Below are positions 31,924 through 42,454 of a stretch of 64,000 nucleotides of DNA, one piece after another. This DNA is from an uncultured Spirochaetota bacterium (GTDB taxonomy: Bacteria > Spirochaetota > Brevinematia > Brevinematales > JAOACQ01). Each line of letters begins with the position of its first letter. The first letter of the stretch is position 1. The notes beneath the pieces are model-generated. The model saw only the letters and a program-made list of their open reading frames with translations. It was not told the origin of the DNA and ran no database searches. The translations under genes and the position numbers were made by a program. The stretch spans positions 160,001-224,000 of the forward strand of contig CAWIGG010000005.1 of the NCBI GenBank assembly GCA_963835575.1. The letters run 5' to 3'.

Positions 31924-33147
31924 TTACTGGATAGTCCTGAGGCATTCCGCCGGCTGGAGCTTCGCGGTCTTATTGGCCGGGTAATAACTGGCAATAACGC
32001 TGACGATCAGGCTGACTATGACGGCCCTGAAAATGGCGCCGGTATCCCAGCCTGCCTTGACAACGCCCATGACCTTGTATCCTAAGTCCAAATTGGACGA
32101 ACCTATTAAGGCAGTTATATCCATTCCGTAAACCGCAAAATAAAGATTGAGCAGAATGCCAGCGGCCAGCCCAATGAGGTTCCCCAGGACCCCGATCAAA
32201 AGGCCTTCGAAGACGAATACGGTCTTTATTTCGCCGTCGGTCATTCCCAGCGCCTTCATGGTCCCGATTTCTCTTTTCTTCTCGAATACCGACATCAGCA
32301 TTGTGTTGATGATGCCGATAACCGCTATGATGGCTATGAAAAACAGGAGAAACCCGATGGCCTTCGCTTTTGCCTGGCCGATAGCCAGGAAATCCTGGCC
32401 GAGCCTCTCCCAGTCATATACTTTCATGCCCGGGAAGCTTTTGACAAGATCGGGCTCATATTTTTTGAATTCCCTGTAATCCTCCGTTTTCAATACCAGT
32501 TCCGTGACCCTGTCGGTGTTGAGAATACGCTGGGCGTCGGTTATATTTATATATATGCTGGAATTATTGACCTGAGGGTCAGGCGAATTTATGATGCCGG
32601 CGACATTGAGCTCAACAGAGTCGTACGTGCCCTGCGCGTTCCGGAAGGTAACGAATACCTGGTCCCCTATCGTTACATTCATGTCTTTCGCCAGGTTCTG
32701 TCCCAGGACCGCCCCATCCTTTTCAAGCCCGCCTTTAATTATGAAGTTTGTAGTTGTGAATACGGAATCCTCCCGTTCGGGATTTATCGCAATAACGATG
32801 ATGGGGGAAGTTGACTTGCCGTTATCAAGGTCGGCGGTAAAACTCAGGCGTTCAGTGTAGCTTTTTACATAAGGTTTCGTTTTCAATATATTTTCAGCCG
32901 CCATGTAGTTTTTTATAAAATTGCTGATTTCAAGGGGACTGTCTTCGTCAAAAACACCGCTCCTGATCTTGAAATCCCCCGTCTCGAACTGGATCTGGTT
33001 CTCAAACGATTTATCATCGAACCCCTTTAAAAGGCCGGCCATGACGATGAAGATCATAATGCCGAACAACAGGACCAGGGCTGTCAGCGCCGTTCTTCTT
33101 TTATATCGTATAACGTTTTTAAACGCGATCGAAAAAAGATACTTCAT
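31924..33147 (-). CDS. MacB/FtsX-like ABC permease (pair 1, subunit A)
   Basis: KNVIRYKRRT, EKKREIGTMKALG, YYPANK. Confidence 0.88.
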   Translation of the reverse strand: MKYLFSIAFKNVIRYKRRTALTALVLLFGIMIFIVMAGLLKGFDDKSFENQIQFETGDFKIRSGVFDEDSPLEISNFIKNYMAAENILKTKPYVKSYTERLSFTADLDNGKSTSPIIVIAINPEREDSVFTTTNFIIKGGLEKDGAVLGQNLAKDMNVTIGDQVFVTFRNAQGTYDSVELNVAGIINSPDPQVNNSSIYINITDAQRILNTDRVTELVLKTEDYREFKKYEPDLVKSFPGMKVYDWERLGQDFLAIGQAKAKAIGFLLFFIAIIAVIGIINTMLMSVFEKKREIGTMKALGMTDGEIKTVFVFEGLLIGVLGNLIGLAAGILLNLYFAVYGMDITALIGSSNLDLGYKVMGVVKAGWDTGAIFRAVIVSLIVSVIASYYPANKTAKLQPAECLRTIQ

Positions 33148-33160
33148 GGAAGACCTCCTT

Positions 33161-33853
33161 CTATTCGCCTTTACCCTTCACATCGCTTTCAATATGCCCG
33201 TCGCGGATATTGATCAGGCGCCTGGCATGCTTCATGATCATCTGATCATGCGTGGAAAAGACAAAGGTGACGGCTTCCTTGCCGTTCATCTCCTGCATCA
33301 GATGAACAATGGCTTCCCCGTTGACCGTGTCCAGGTTCGCCGTCGGCTCGTCCGCCAGGATCATCTTGGGTTTTTTCACGAGCGCCCGCGCGATCGAGAC
33401 CCGCTGCTGCTGTCCGCCGGAAAGCTCAAGAGGCTTCCGGTTATCGAGGCCTGTCAGGCCGACTTCGTCCAGGACTTCCATCACTCTTTTTTTTATTTCG
33501 GCATCGCTGTATTTTTTCAAAAGCTTCAGCGGCAGTTCGATATTCTCATAGGCCGTCAGGACCGGAATAAGGTTATAAGTCTGAAAAATGAACCCGAAAT
33601 ATTCCCTCCGGAGATGCGCCAGCTCATCGGAAGTTTTGCCCATCAGGCTCACATTATCCAGGAGCACCTCACCTCCGTCGGCCCTATCGATGCAGCCGAT
33701 GATATTCAGCAGCGTAGTCTTGCCGGAGCCGGACGGCCCGCAGATAGCGGTGAACTCGCCCTTGCCGATCTCCACATTTATATCGTGTAAAGCTTGAAAA
33801 TCGACCTTGCCGGTATGGTAGACCTTGTTCAGTTTTTTAACCTCTAAAAGCAT
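33161..33853 (-). CDS. ABC ATPase, LolD/MacB type
   Basis: [32 protein letters not shown]. Confidence 0.9.
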   Translation of the reverse strand: MLLEVKKLNKVYHTGKVDFQALHDINVEIGKGEFTAICGPSGSGKTTLLNIIGCIDRADGGEVLLDNVSLMGKTSDELAHLRREYFGFIFQTYNLIPVLTAYENIELPLKLLKKYSDAEIKKRVMEVLDEVGLTGLDNRKPLELSGGQQQRVSIARALVKKPKMILADEPTANLDTVNGEAIVHLMQEMNGKEAVTFVFSTHDQMIMKHARRLINIRDGHIESDVKGKGE

Positions 33854-33927
33854 AAATGACCTCCTCATTTAACTTTATTGTTTCATGCAAAGACTTGGCA
33901 GTCTTTGCGTATTCACATGCATTTTAT

Positions 33928-35035
33928 TTACAATTTCGCTTCCAGCCTTAAATCGACTGCGTATTCCCCAAGAGTGTCGCGCGAAAACTCCTGGCTCTCC
34001 TTTCCCGTAATAAACATAAAAAGAAAAGTCAAATCCAAACCGTCAGACAGCGTATATGTAACAGACGGCATAATAAGACTGCTCAGATCAATCAGATTCC
34101 AGAAGATGTTCAGCTGGAAATTGAGAAATTCATCATATGTATACATGATATTTCCGTACAGATAATGTTTGGCTGAAAAATAAACATCCTCCTGATTCAT
34201 GGACTTGTAATCATTGGTTTTTTCCGCGCCTCTTTCATCATAATAATAAGTCAGCGCCGTTATCAATTTTCCGTCCAGAAAGTTATAGTCTATTCCGATG
34301 CTCGCTTCATTAAAACGATTTGTGAAATAATCATCAAAGTGATAGGCATAGGACACATTGACGCCGACTTCCATATCCCCTTTGAGATAGAAGCCGATAA
34401 CATTCGTGTTTAATCCTTTGCGGTTATAAACAATGCCTTCGTCAAAGTGCATCCAGTTTCCGAAAAGGCTTCCGCCGACGGCGCTATTAGTCAAACCTCC
34501 CTGAGGAGCGGTATAAATTTTTAATCCCGACAGGTCATTGATACTAGCCTCATAGAGTACGGCAAGCATTCCTTCCTTGTCATATGACAGATCGTTAAAA
34601 TTGATCGACTTTGACATCTCAAAAGGATTAAAAATCCCGAAATTCCCGAAGTTCACGTATGTCTTGCCGACTGTCCAGATCCCGATATGCGAAATCATAT
34701 CGTATAAATGCCCTGAGAAGATCCAGCCCGTAGTTCAGCGGTATATTTGAGGGAATTCCCGCATTTGTCCCGGGAGACCCCGCGCCAGCATTGGCAAGAC
34801 CGGCCGCTATATCACCATAATAAGCGTATATCCTCAAATCCGCGTAAAACCGCCAATCATCCGTTTTCCGGGAAAAGACAAGCTTATTCTCCAGGATATC
34901 GGAAAAGGAATACGCATTGGTTGTTTTTAATACAATCGCGTCATTCCTGATCCCGCCTGAAAGATCAATTGTCCCATATAAACCCGGCGCGGCAGCGGCA
35001 AACACCAGGATCATGATTAATATTTTCAGCTTCAT
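33928..35035 (-). CDS. putative outer-membrane beta-barrel protein; frameshift near 34692-34694
   Basis: Signal peptide, alternating beta-strand pattern. Removing one base joins RAFIRYD to SHIGIWTVGK. Confidence 0.65.
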
Positions 35036-35061
35036 ATTAAACTCCTGTTTTTAAATATCCC

Positions 35062-35796
35062 TTATTTTTTCAAATTCTGCCTGGTAAATACGCCCTTTGA
35101 AATCGGTATGTCAAACTCAAGGTTGGACAATTCCACAGTTGTGACTGAATTTTCCCTTTTCATATCCCTGATGGTCATTTTTGTCGGATAGTACCGCCCC
35201 TTGAAAGTCTGTATCTCACTCTGGGCGAATTTCTTTAACAGCCTTCCGCTTTTCGCGTAAAGGTCCCTTTCAACCGCCACCATTCTTTCCTCATCCACCA
35301 GTATTCTTTCCTTAAAATAAGTCACATCTTCAACTTTGGCGATCAATTCAATATCATAGCACTTGATCCCGTCCACATTTGTTTCCGCTATGATTGTGGA
35401 TTTATATTTAGACTGGTAATCCTCGTCCCGCATCATATCCTCATAAGAAATATCGCTTCCCATCATTCCCTGCCGGAGCATATGCCCCGATATTTTCATA
35501 ACATCATCCGCGTCGGGCAGATAAATCCACAGCTCATTATCCAGTTTTAGATACTTAACACCCTTATCCTCAGGGTTTGTAAATTCCACAAAAAATTTAT
35601 TTCCCGCTTTCATCCCATACATGATCATTTTCTTTGTCATTTTTTTCCCGTCCCTGTCGATGGTCATCATGGCCGTTGTTTTCTGCGTATCAAACACCTG
35701 ATTTTTATCCACCATTTTAATAATCTCATCCGCCGTCAGTGAAAAAGCTAATACAGGCAGTAAAAAAGCCAGTAAAAGCAACCCTATTTTCCTCAT
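35062..35796 (-). CDS. outer-membrane lipoprotein-sorting (LolA-like) protein
   Basis: Signal peptide; KGVKYLK..LWIYLP..MMGSDISYED..FTRQNL. Confidence 0.85.
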   Translation of the reverse strand: MRKIGLLLLAFLLPVLAFSLTADEIIKMVDKNQVFDTQKTTAMMTIDRDGKKMTKKMIMYGMKAGNKFFVEFTNPEDKGVKYLKLDNELWIYLPDADDVMKISGHMLRQGMMGSDISYEDMMRDEDYQSKYKSTIIAETNVDGIKCYDIELIAKVEDVTYFKERILVDEERMVAVERDLYAKSGRLLKKFAQSEIQTFKGRYYPTKMTIRDMKRENSVTTVELSNLEFDIPISKGVFTRQNLKK

Positions 35797-35805
35797 ATAT
35801 GCCTC

Positions 35806-36126
35806 CTATTTTTTCAAAGATTTGATGATCTGTTCCATATCATTTAAATATTCCTCAAGCGCCTTGATCCCTTCCTCGTTTTCAGAAACCGTTGTCAGCG
35901 GTTTATTGTTCTCAAACTTTTTCCTGATGGAAATATAACCCGCTTCCTCCAGATTTTTCAGCTGGATCGAGAGGTTCCCGGAAGTAAACCCGAGAGATTC
36001 CTTTAAATCTGAAAAACTCATCGTTTTTAATGGATGGCTTGCCAGTTTTGTCAGGATCATAAGCCTGGATCGTTCATGAATGATCTTATTATAATCAAAG
36101 ACTTTATTCCCTTCACTCAAGGCCAC
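35806..36126 (-). CDS. winged-helix transcriptional regulator (HTH_34-like)
   Basis: IIHERSRLMIL..FSDLK..TSGNLSIQLKNLEEAGYI. Confidence 0.85.
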   Translation of the reverse strand: MALSEGNKVFDYNKIIHERSRLMILTKLASHPLKTMSFSDLKESLGFTSGNLSIQLKNLEEAGYISIRKKFENNKPLTTVSENEEGIKALEEYLNDMEQIIKSLKK

Positions 36127-36129
36127 AAA

Positions 36130-36813
36130 TCACTCCTTTCTGTTTTTTTTTAAAAGAAGTTTGATCTCTACAACCGCCCCGAGAGTAAAAAAGGCCAATC
36201 CAACCGTGCCGCTTGTCCATATCCATACGCTCACCGGGTCTCTACCGAGAAACAAAACCGATAAAACGCCTGGAATAATAGATAATAGACCGCTGAGCGA
36301 GAGTTCAAACAAAGCAAACTGGTTTCCTATAATAACAAATAAAATCCCGACGCCGATCGTTACTACTGGAAAAATAAAATGAGCCTGTCCGCCCAGGATA
36401 AAATAGACAGAAAAACAAATCATGAGCGCGCCTATGACCATATAAGTCATGAGCAGCGGGCGGCCGATCAACTTTATGACCATGTTCACTATCGACGCAT
36501 CCGGGTAGAGCTTTTTTAGAAACCCGAGACTACTCGATTTTATCAGCCCTGAAATGATAAAAAGCGCCGCCGCAGTACCGATTAGTATAATCCTGATTTC
36601 AGACGGCATTTTATCAAAAGAGCCGTACATCCGGCTGAAATAATAAATAAGGAATGATAATAGAAGTATACCGATTCCTCCAAACCAGAATAGTATCCTG
36701 TATGGCCGGGTATATATAACCTGCCTGAGTTTATCGCCATTCTGCTCTATGGCGGAACGGATATATTTAATATCCTTAAGTATTACATTAAAATTCTCAG
36801 GGATTGGTTTCAT
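36130..36813 (-). CDS. hypothetical multi-TM membrane protein
   Basis: About 6 TM helices, GGAGG RBS; first gene of the export operon. Confidence 0.75.
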   Translation of the reverse strand: MKPIPENFNVILKDIKYIRSAIEQNGDKLRQVIYTRPYRILFWFGGIGILLLSFLIYYFSRMYGSFDKMPSEIRIILIGTAAALFIISGLIKSSSLGFLKKLYPDASIVNMVIKLIGRPLLMTYMVIGALMICFSVYFILGGQAHFIFPVVTIGVGILFVIIGNQFALFELSLSGLLSIIPGVLSVLFLGRDPVSVWIWTSGTVGLAFFTLGAVVEIKLLLKKNRKE

Positions 36814-36828
36814 ACTTCCTCCTAATTT

Positions 36829-36886
36829 ATAAACAAGTTTATAATATAAACTTGTTTATTATACCAAGTTTTTTTATCCTTGTCAA
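36829..36886 (-). promoter_or_regulatory. sigma70 promoter with overlapping 31-bp palindromic operator
   Basis: TTGACA (rc 36881-36886)-17 bp-TATAAT (rc 36858-36863); perfect inverted repeat ATAAACAAGTTTATA-A-TATAAACTTGTTTAT at 36829-36859. Confidence 0.8.
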
Positions 36887-36975
36887 TACTTATTTTAATA
36901 ATTTTAATTTAAATATAATAAAACTCATTATTATGCCTTTTTAATTTTATATATAGATTTACAATACCCATCATA

Positions 36976-37022
36976 TGACCAACCGGTCATATATGAATCA
37001 AAAAATAATGACCAGATGGTCA
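36976..37022. promoter_or_regulatory. two TGACC-N4-GGTCA palindromes (putative TetR operators)
   Basis: 36976-36989 and 37009-37022; a third copy lies at the tetR promoter. Confidence 0.7.
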
Positions 37023-37046
37023 TTTCATAAAATTATAAATAAATTT

Positions 37047-37469
37047 TTACTGCCTGTCAAGACCTTTTAAAAATTTTTTTCCAACTTTAAAAATATCCGA
37101 AAGCCTCTTCAATGCCTCCTTCTCTTCTTCAAGAACCGTTCCGTCGGCTTTTACCAGATTTACGGCAAAGCCGATTAATCCGTTTTTCTGATCTTTAGAC
37201 GACTTTTCATTATAATAAGAAACGGCTCTTTCATATCTTTTTTTCAGCTCTTCTTCTTTGAGGGAAGAAAGCAGGCCTATTTCCAGTGAAAGGCTGGTAA
37301 AATCCGGTTGATAAGAAAAAATTCTCTTTTCAGTTTTCTTTCGCACATCCGTCTCGGCTTGAAGCAAATACTTAACGATTTCCTGAATTTCACTGCTTTC
37401 TATCACTCCATCTAACGTCATGAGGTAATACAAAATATCAAGGCCTGCATCCACCAGATTCATACGCAT
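37047..37469 (-). CDS. TerB-like protein
   Basis: DGVIESSE and KADGTVLEEEK motifs. Confidence 0.7.
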   Translation of the reverse strand: MRMNLVDAGLDILYYLMTLDGVIESSEIQEIVKYLLQAETDVRKKTEKRIFSYQPDFTSLSLEIGLLSSLKEEELKKRYERAVSYYNEKSSKDQKNGLIGFAVNLVKADGTVLEEEKEALKRLSDIFKVGKKFLKGLDRQ

Positions 37470-37478
37470 TTCCTTTAA

Positions 37479-38099
37479 TTATTTATATATCCCTTCTGAA
37501 AGAACTTTTAAAGCCTGATCCAGTTTTTCCAGATATTTTTGCTTAAACTTTTCATCATCCGTCTGAATATCATATTCCACCAGCATATCCGTCCTGATGC
37601 CGTTTAAAAGCCACTTTATGATTTCTATTGTTGTTTCCAATCCCCATTTGAGATTTTGAGTATCAATACCGCGGCTGAGGATATGAATAAACGATTCTAT
37701 ATCCCTTGAAAAAATCAAAACCAGTTTTTCCTGGAAAAGAAGGTTTTTTTGTCCCAACAGACTGAAAAAAAGCTTAAAAAGCTTCGGCTGCTTTGAATAA
37801 ATATCAATAGATGTTTCGCCGAATTTTTTTACCCTTTCCAGGACATCCGGTGATAAATCCCTCATCTGCATCTGCAGCTGTTTGAGGATCCCCCCGATGG
37901 CGACTTCCATAACATAAATATAAAGATTTTCTTTTGTTTTGAAATATTGAAAAAGGCTACCTTTTGATATGCCGATTTTTCTAACCATTCTGTTTGTTGA
38001 TGCATTTTCAAAACCGTACTCTGCAAATTCATCGATACATGCATCAATAATAATCTTCTGCTTTTCATCAGGAAGGTTTTTAAAGGCATCCAATTTCAA
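37479..38099 (-). CDS. TetR/AcrR regulator
   Basis: EFAEYGFENASTNRMVRKIGISKGSLFQYFKTKENLY. Confidence 0.9.
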   Translation of the reverse strand: MKLDAFKNLPDEKQKIIIDACIDEFAEYGFENASTNRMVRKIGISKGSLFQYFKTKENLYIYVMEVAIGGILKQLQMQMRDLSPDVLERVKKFGETSIDIYSKQPKLFKLFFSLLGQKNLLFQEKLVLIFSRDIESFIHILSRGIDTQNLKWGLETTIEIIKWLLNGIRTDMLVEYDIQTDDEKFKQKYLEKLDQALKVLSEGIYK

Positions 38100-38124
38100 T
38101 GTTTTTACCCCAATAGATTAAAAT

Positions 38125-38172
38125 TGACCAACTGGTCATTATTATTGTATAAAAAAAAGCGTCTTTTGTCAA
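38125..38172 (-). promoter_or_regulatory. tetR promoter with autoregulatory operator
   Basis: TTGACA-17 bp-TACAAT on the minus strand; TGACCAACTGGTCA at 38125-38138. Confidence 0.75.
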
Positions 38173-38185
38173 TAAAATATTTCAT

Positions 38186-38329
38186 AAAATGAGCGATTTG
38201 TTTTTTATTTATATATAACATATATAAATGCAACTTTCCACCCCGCGCCGGTTCCTGAGTAGCCCGACAGGGCGTATCGAAGGACGCGGGGTGGAAAACT
38301 GCCTATTTTATAAAAGAATCGCTCAATTT
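38186..38329. repeat. MITE-like element, second copy of 14777-14898
   Basis: AAAATGAGCGATT / AATCGCTCAATTT ends; TTTCCACCCCGCG..CGCGGGGTGGAAA hairpin with an insert in the loop. Confidence 0.6.
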
Positions 38330-38341
38330 AGATAATATCTT

Positions 38342-39100
38342 TTACTGCTGAGGCATAATAAATGGAATGACAGTATTGCTGGATGTTGTGTTCTTCCCGG
38401 CCGTATCAGAATAAAAATATATCTTGCCTTTCGCAAAACGGACCCATTCTGAATTTGGATAATCTTTTATCAGCTGTTTGTAATAACCCAGCGCATGCTC
38501 GGTATCCGACATCTGCTCGCGGCAGCGGGCCAGGCCGACAAGGGCAAGCGGGGCAAAACCTTCATTTGTATATTTCTGTACAATAATAGTATAATCCTCA
38601 AAGGCTTTATCATATTTATTTCCCTGTTCTGAACACTGCGCTCTTCCCAGTAATGCCAGAACCTTATAAAAATCCGAACCGGCTGCCAGGTAAGCGCTGT
38701 TGTAATAATTCTGGGCTTTCTGGATAGAATCCGCTTTTCCTGTCTGAAAAAAATCATTATAAAATATCCTTCCAAGTAAAAGACGCGCCCTGATGGAAGC
38801 CACTGTTTTAGGATAAAGCTGAACGAGGCTTTCCAGGCTCTGGACCTGTTGATTATATATATTAAGCCGCTCTGTCTCATTTGTCGTAAAAGCAGGATTA
38901 TTGATATAACTGAGATAGTTCTGAGCCATATCATATTGCTTATTTGCTTTTTCATTATTCGACGAACTGATATAATTCGATACAGTAATAATAACAATAA
39001 TCAGCACAACCGCTCCGAATATTACGCTGAGCGCCATTCTGTATTTAAAAACCAGCTCTACTATCTGATCAAATTGAGTTTTTTGCTTTTGCGGATTCAT
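38342..39100 (-). CDS. membrane-anchored TPR protein
   Basis: N-terminal TM, TPR-like repeats, YKQLIKDYPNSEW. Confidence 0.8.
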   Translation of the reverse strand: MNPQKQKTQFDQIVELVFKYRMALSVIFGAVVLIIVIITVSNYISSSNNEKANKQYDMAQNYLSYINNPAFTTNETERLNIYNQQVQSLESLVQLYPKTVASIRARLLLGRIFYNDFFQTGKADSIQKAQNYYNSAYLAAGSDFYKVLALLGRAQCSEQGNKYDKAFEDYTIIVQKYTNEGFAPLALVGLARCREQMSDTEHALGYYKQLIKDYPNSEWVRFAKGKIYFYSDTAGKNTTSSNTVIPFIMPQQ

Positions 39101-40802
39101 CAGTATTCTCCAATTTTATATTTGCAAACTGTTCCTTTAGTAAAGACCCGATACTCAGAGTATTCGCCTGGGATTTATCGCCTGCTATATACTTTGAAAA
39201 TTCAAATTTTTCCTCATTATAGAGATAATCCTTAATACTGAGCTCAATTTTATTCTTATTAACATCCACATACCTGACCAGCGCCTTGACTTCTTCCCCA
39301 ACCTTTAAAACATCCTGGACTTTTTCAACCTTGTCTTTTGATATCTGGGAGATATGGACAAAACCCTCCAGGTTATTTTCCAGTGATAAAACCGCGCCGG
39401 TTTCCTGGATCTGCTTTACAACCGCCGTAACAACAGATCCTTTCGGGTAGTTCATTGAATAAGACTTATAAGGATTATCAGAAAGCTGTTTATAGCCCAG
39501 CCTGAGCTTTTCATTTTCCTTATCCAGCGAAAGAACTATTACCCGGACTTTCTCTCCTTTCCTGAATTTCTTTTTTGGGTCCACACCGCTGTCAAGCCAG
39601 TCAACATCTTCACGGCGCATAAGGCCTTCAATGCCATCGTCGAATTTTACAAATAAGCCGAAATCCAGAATCGAAGAAACGACTCCTTCAACTTTGCGCC
39701 CGTAGCTGTAGTTTAATTCGGCCTTTTCCCATGGATTTTCCTGAATATCCCTCAGGGACACATCCATGCGCCTTTTTTCCGGCTCGAAATTTCTGATCTT
39801 GACTTCCACAATTGTTCCATGGCTCAAGAATTTCTTGGCATCATGGATTCTTTCTGTCCAGGACATTTCCGCGACGGACAAAAAGGCCTCCACTCCATCT
39901 TCAATCTCTATAATAGCGCCGTCTTTTCTATAGCTGACGACTTTGCCTTTAACAACATCACCCGGCGAATATTTTTTCGGCACTGAAAGCCAGGGGTCCT
40001 GTGTCAGCTGTTTTCTCCCGACCTTAATGGAATTTCTCGCCTTTTCCATCCTGGTTATTATGACATCCATCTCATCGCCAAGCTTGACAACTTTACGCAT
40101 ATCATCAAGATACTTCCATGAAAAATCGGAAACATGCATAAAAACTCGGATGCCTTCAGCGGTCAGCACAATAAAATCCTCTTCTATCCTGTCCGCCTTG
40201 CCATGAATAACATCACCGACTTTATACTTTTCAAAAAATGTGACATAAAGCTTTTTTATTGTCTTTTGAAGGAATTCCCGGCGGGAAACCGTATAACTGT
40301 TCCTTTTCGCTTCAATTACAGCAAAATCAGTAACCAAGCCTTTTAATGTTTCAAGCTTTTCATCTTTTTTCACATCAATCTGCGACAATGGAAGAAAAGC
40401 TTTGATCCCAAACCCTAATTCTACTGTAAAACCCTTCGGTACATTATCTTTATATATTGGTTCCTCAATGGTCCCGCTGACAGGCAGACCTGAATTAAGG
40501 GCATTATTCAAATCCTCAATTTTCCTGATTTTTTCCGCTTCTGTTTTTGAGCCTATATTAACGCCGTCTTTTGCTTCTTTTAAAATAACATCGGTCTCAT
40601 CGCCGATTGAGGGAAGCTGTGAAAACTCGGATAAGGGAACAACACATTCCGATTTGCCTCCCATATCCAGAAACACATCGCCGCTGTTGACAGCGACAAC
40701 TTTGCCCTTCCTGACCCGGCTCTGGTATTCTGCTGAAGCCGCAGGCGCATTATCCTGTTTCATCGCCTCAAGAAAAATATCACTCATCACATCTACACCC
40801 AT
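39069..40802 (-). CDS. rpsA: 30S ribosomal protein S1
   Basis: Six S1 repeats (FLPLSQID, HVSDFSW, DFGLFV, GFVHISQIS). Confidence 0.9.
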   Translation of the reverse strand: MGVDVMSDIFLEAMKQDNAPAASAEYQSRVRKGKVVAVNSGDVFLDMGGKSECVVPLSEFSQLPSIGDETDVILKEAKDGVNIGSKTEAEKIRKIEDLNNALNSGLPVSGTIEEPIYKDNVPKGFTVELGFGIKAFLPLSQIDVKKDEKLETLKGLVTDFAVIEAKRNSYTVSRREFLQKTIKKLYVTFFEKYKVGDVIHGKADRIEEDFIVLTAEGIRVFMHVSDFSWKYLDDMRKVVKLGDEMDVIITRMEKARNSIKVGRKQLTQDPWLSVPKKYSPGDVVKGKVVSYRKDGAIIEIEDGVEAFLSVAEMSWTERIHDAKKFLSHGTIVEVKIRNFEPEKRRMDVSLRDIQENPWEKAELNYSYGRKVEGVVSSILDFGLFVKFDDGIEGLMRREDVDWLDSGVDPKKKFRKGEKVRVIVLSLDKENEKLRLGYKQLSDNPYKSYSMNYPKGSVVTAVVKQIQETGAVLSLENNLEGFVHISQISKDKVEKVQDVLKVGEEVKALVRYVDVNKNKIELSIKDYLYNEEKFEFSKYIAGDKSQANTLSIGSLLKEQFANIKLENTDESAKAKNSI

Positions 40803-40905
40803 ATGAACCTCATCAATAAAAATACAGGTATATATTTTAATTGGTTTATTCTGTTTGTCAATTTTTTAGGCAAGTTTCAATTACCTAAATAATGATCAAA
40901 CAGCT

Positions 40906-41583
40906 TTATTTCAAGCGAAGATTGTCCATTTCAAATAAATCGGGACGGGAATCATTTTTATTGGCAAATATTTTAGAAATAAATCTTACCGGAATTGAAT
41001 AGTTTTTCCCTTCTGAAGAATAATCGTTATATGAAATAATCGTGGAACTCATTATATCTTCTCCCAGCAGGTAATCCAGCCTCTGGATCTGCTTATTATC
41101 CATATTAACATATAATAAAAGGGTGTTTTCAGCATCTTTAATGCGCAGTTTTAAAATAATAAGATTATTTTCTTTTAATTGATAAGAAATATTATATTTT
41201 TTTAAAAAAGCATCGGTTTCATGTCTTGACAAAAGAATGTCAAACGCGAAAAACTGCCTCGGCAGGTCCTGATAAAGATTCCGGTAAAGGTCGTCAACAT
41301 TCTGCACTATTATAGTGATCCCTTTCTCCTTTGAATAAATAACAGCCGCAGTAACATTTTTATTTTTATCCAGATAAGAATCCCTGGGAATACTGGCAAG
41401 CTTTTTTTCTATTGATCTGCCTTTAAGGTCGGCGCTGAATGAAGGCGGCAGTTTTTCAAGAGAAGCGTTCCTGATATCTTTAAAGTATACTTCAGCCGGC
41501 ACATCCTGATTCTGCTGGGAAAAACCTAATACTGCCGGCAAAAGAAACGCAAAAAATAATATGATGGATTTTCTCTTTTCCAT
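40906..41583 (-). CDS. secreted hypothetical protein
   Basis: Signal peptide, AAGGAG RBS. Confidence 0.7.
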   Translation of the reverse strand: MEKRKSIILFFAFLLPAVLGFSQQNQDVPAEVYFKDIRNASLEKLPPSFSADLKGRSIEKKLASIPRDSYLDKNKNVTAAVIYSKEKGITIIVQNVDDLYRNLYQDLPRQFFAFDILLSRHETDAFLKKYNISYQLKENNLIILKLRIKDAENTLLLYVNMDNKQIQRLDYLLGEDIMSSTIISYNDYSSEGKNYSIPVRFISKIFANKNDSRPDLFEMDNLRLK

Positions 41584-41673
41584 AAAATACTCCTTTATTC
41601 TAATATTAATTTACATAGTTATCATTTTTTTCAACATTTCATTTCGGGTTCTTATAAAAATTCAATAAGATTT

Positions 41674-42441
41674 TCATAAATAATCAAGGCGTACCGGCAC
41701 TTTATTTCTCTTAAGATGCTCTTTTACCTGATTAATTGTCATCTCCCTGAAATGAAACAGCGAAGCGGCCAGCGCGGCGCTTGCCTTGCCTATAGTAAAA
41801 GCCTCAAGAAAATGCTCTAATGTTCCGGCGCCGCCGGAAGCAATGACCGGAATGGAAACCTTCCCGCTGATAATGGACGTGATTTCATTATCATACCCGT
41901 CTTTTGTCCCGTCCCTGTCCATCGAGGTCAGTAATATTTCCCCTGCTCCCAGCCCGCAGACTTTAACCGCCCATTCTACTCCATCCAGCCCGGTATCAAT
42001 CCGGCCTCCATTTATAAAAACATGCCATTTACCTGTTTCCACTTTCTTAACATCAATCGCCACAACGATTGTCGAACTGCCGAAAACCCGGGCGGCTTCT
42101 TTTACAAAGGCGGGATTCTTAACGGCGGCCGAGTTAATGGACACTTTGTCCGCACCGGTCTGGAGCATGGTGCGGATATCCTTGATTGTCCTGATGCCGC
42201 CCCCTATTGTAAAGGGAATAAAAATTTCCCGTGCCACCCTTCTGGCGACATCAACCATTGTATCCCGGTTTTCATGGCTTGCCGTAATATCCAGGAAAAC
42301 AATTTCATCAGCCCCTTCATCATTATAATAAACCGCGTTTTCCACAGGATCGCCGGCGTCTTTTATATTGACAAAATTTACCCCTTTTACAACCCGGCCT
42401 TTGTCTATATCAAGGCAGGGTATAATCCGTTTAGCAAGCAT
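41674..42441 (-). CDS. hisF: imidazole glycerol phosphate synthase cyclase subunit
   Basis: [28 protein letters not shown]. Confidence 0.97.
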   Translation of the reverse strand: MLAKRIIPCLDIDKGRVVKGVNFVNIKDAGDPVENAVYYNDEGADEIVFLDITASHENRDTMVDVARRVAREIFIPFTIGGGIRTIKDIRTMLQTGADKVSINSAAVKNPAFVKEAARVFGSSTIVVAIDVKKVETGKWHVFINGGRIDTGLDGVEWAVKVCGLGAGEILLTSMDRDGTKDGYDNEITSIISGKVSIPVIASGGAGTLEHFLEAFTIGKASAALAASLFHFREMTINQVKEHLKRNKVPVRLDYL

Positions 42442-42454
42442 GAAGCTTCCGTCC

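Noticed and set aside
32921..33790. Long + strand ORF (also 55388-56155, 59321-59971, 41786-42328)
   Set aside because: These are antisense shadows of well-supported conserved genes.
37047..37469. TerB-like gene as part of a tellurite/defence ter cluster
   Set aside because: It is solitary, with no other ter genes nearby.
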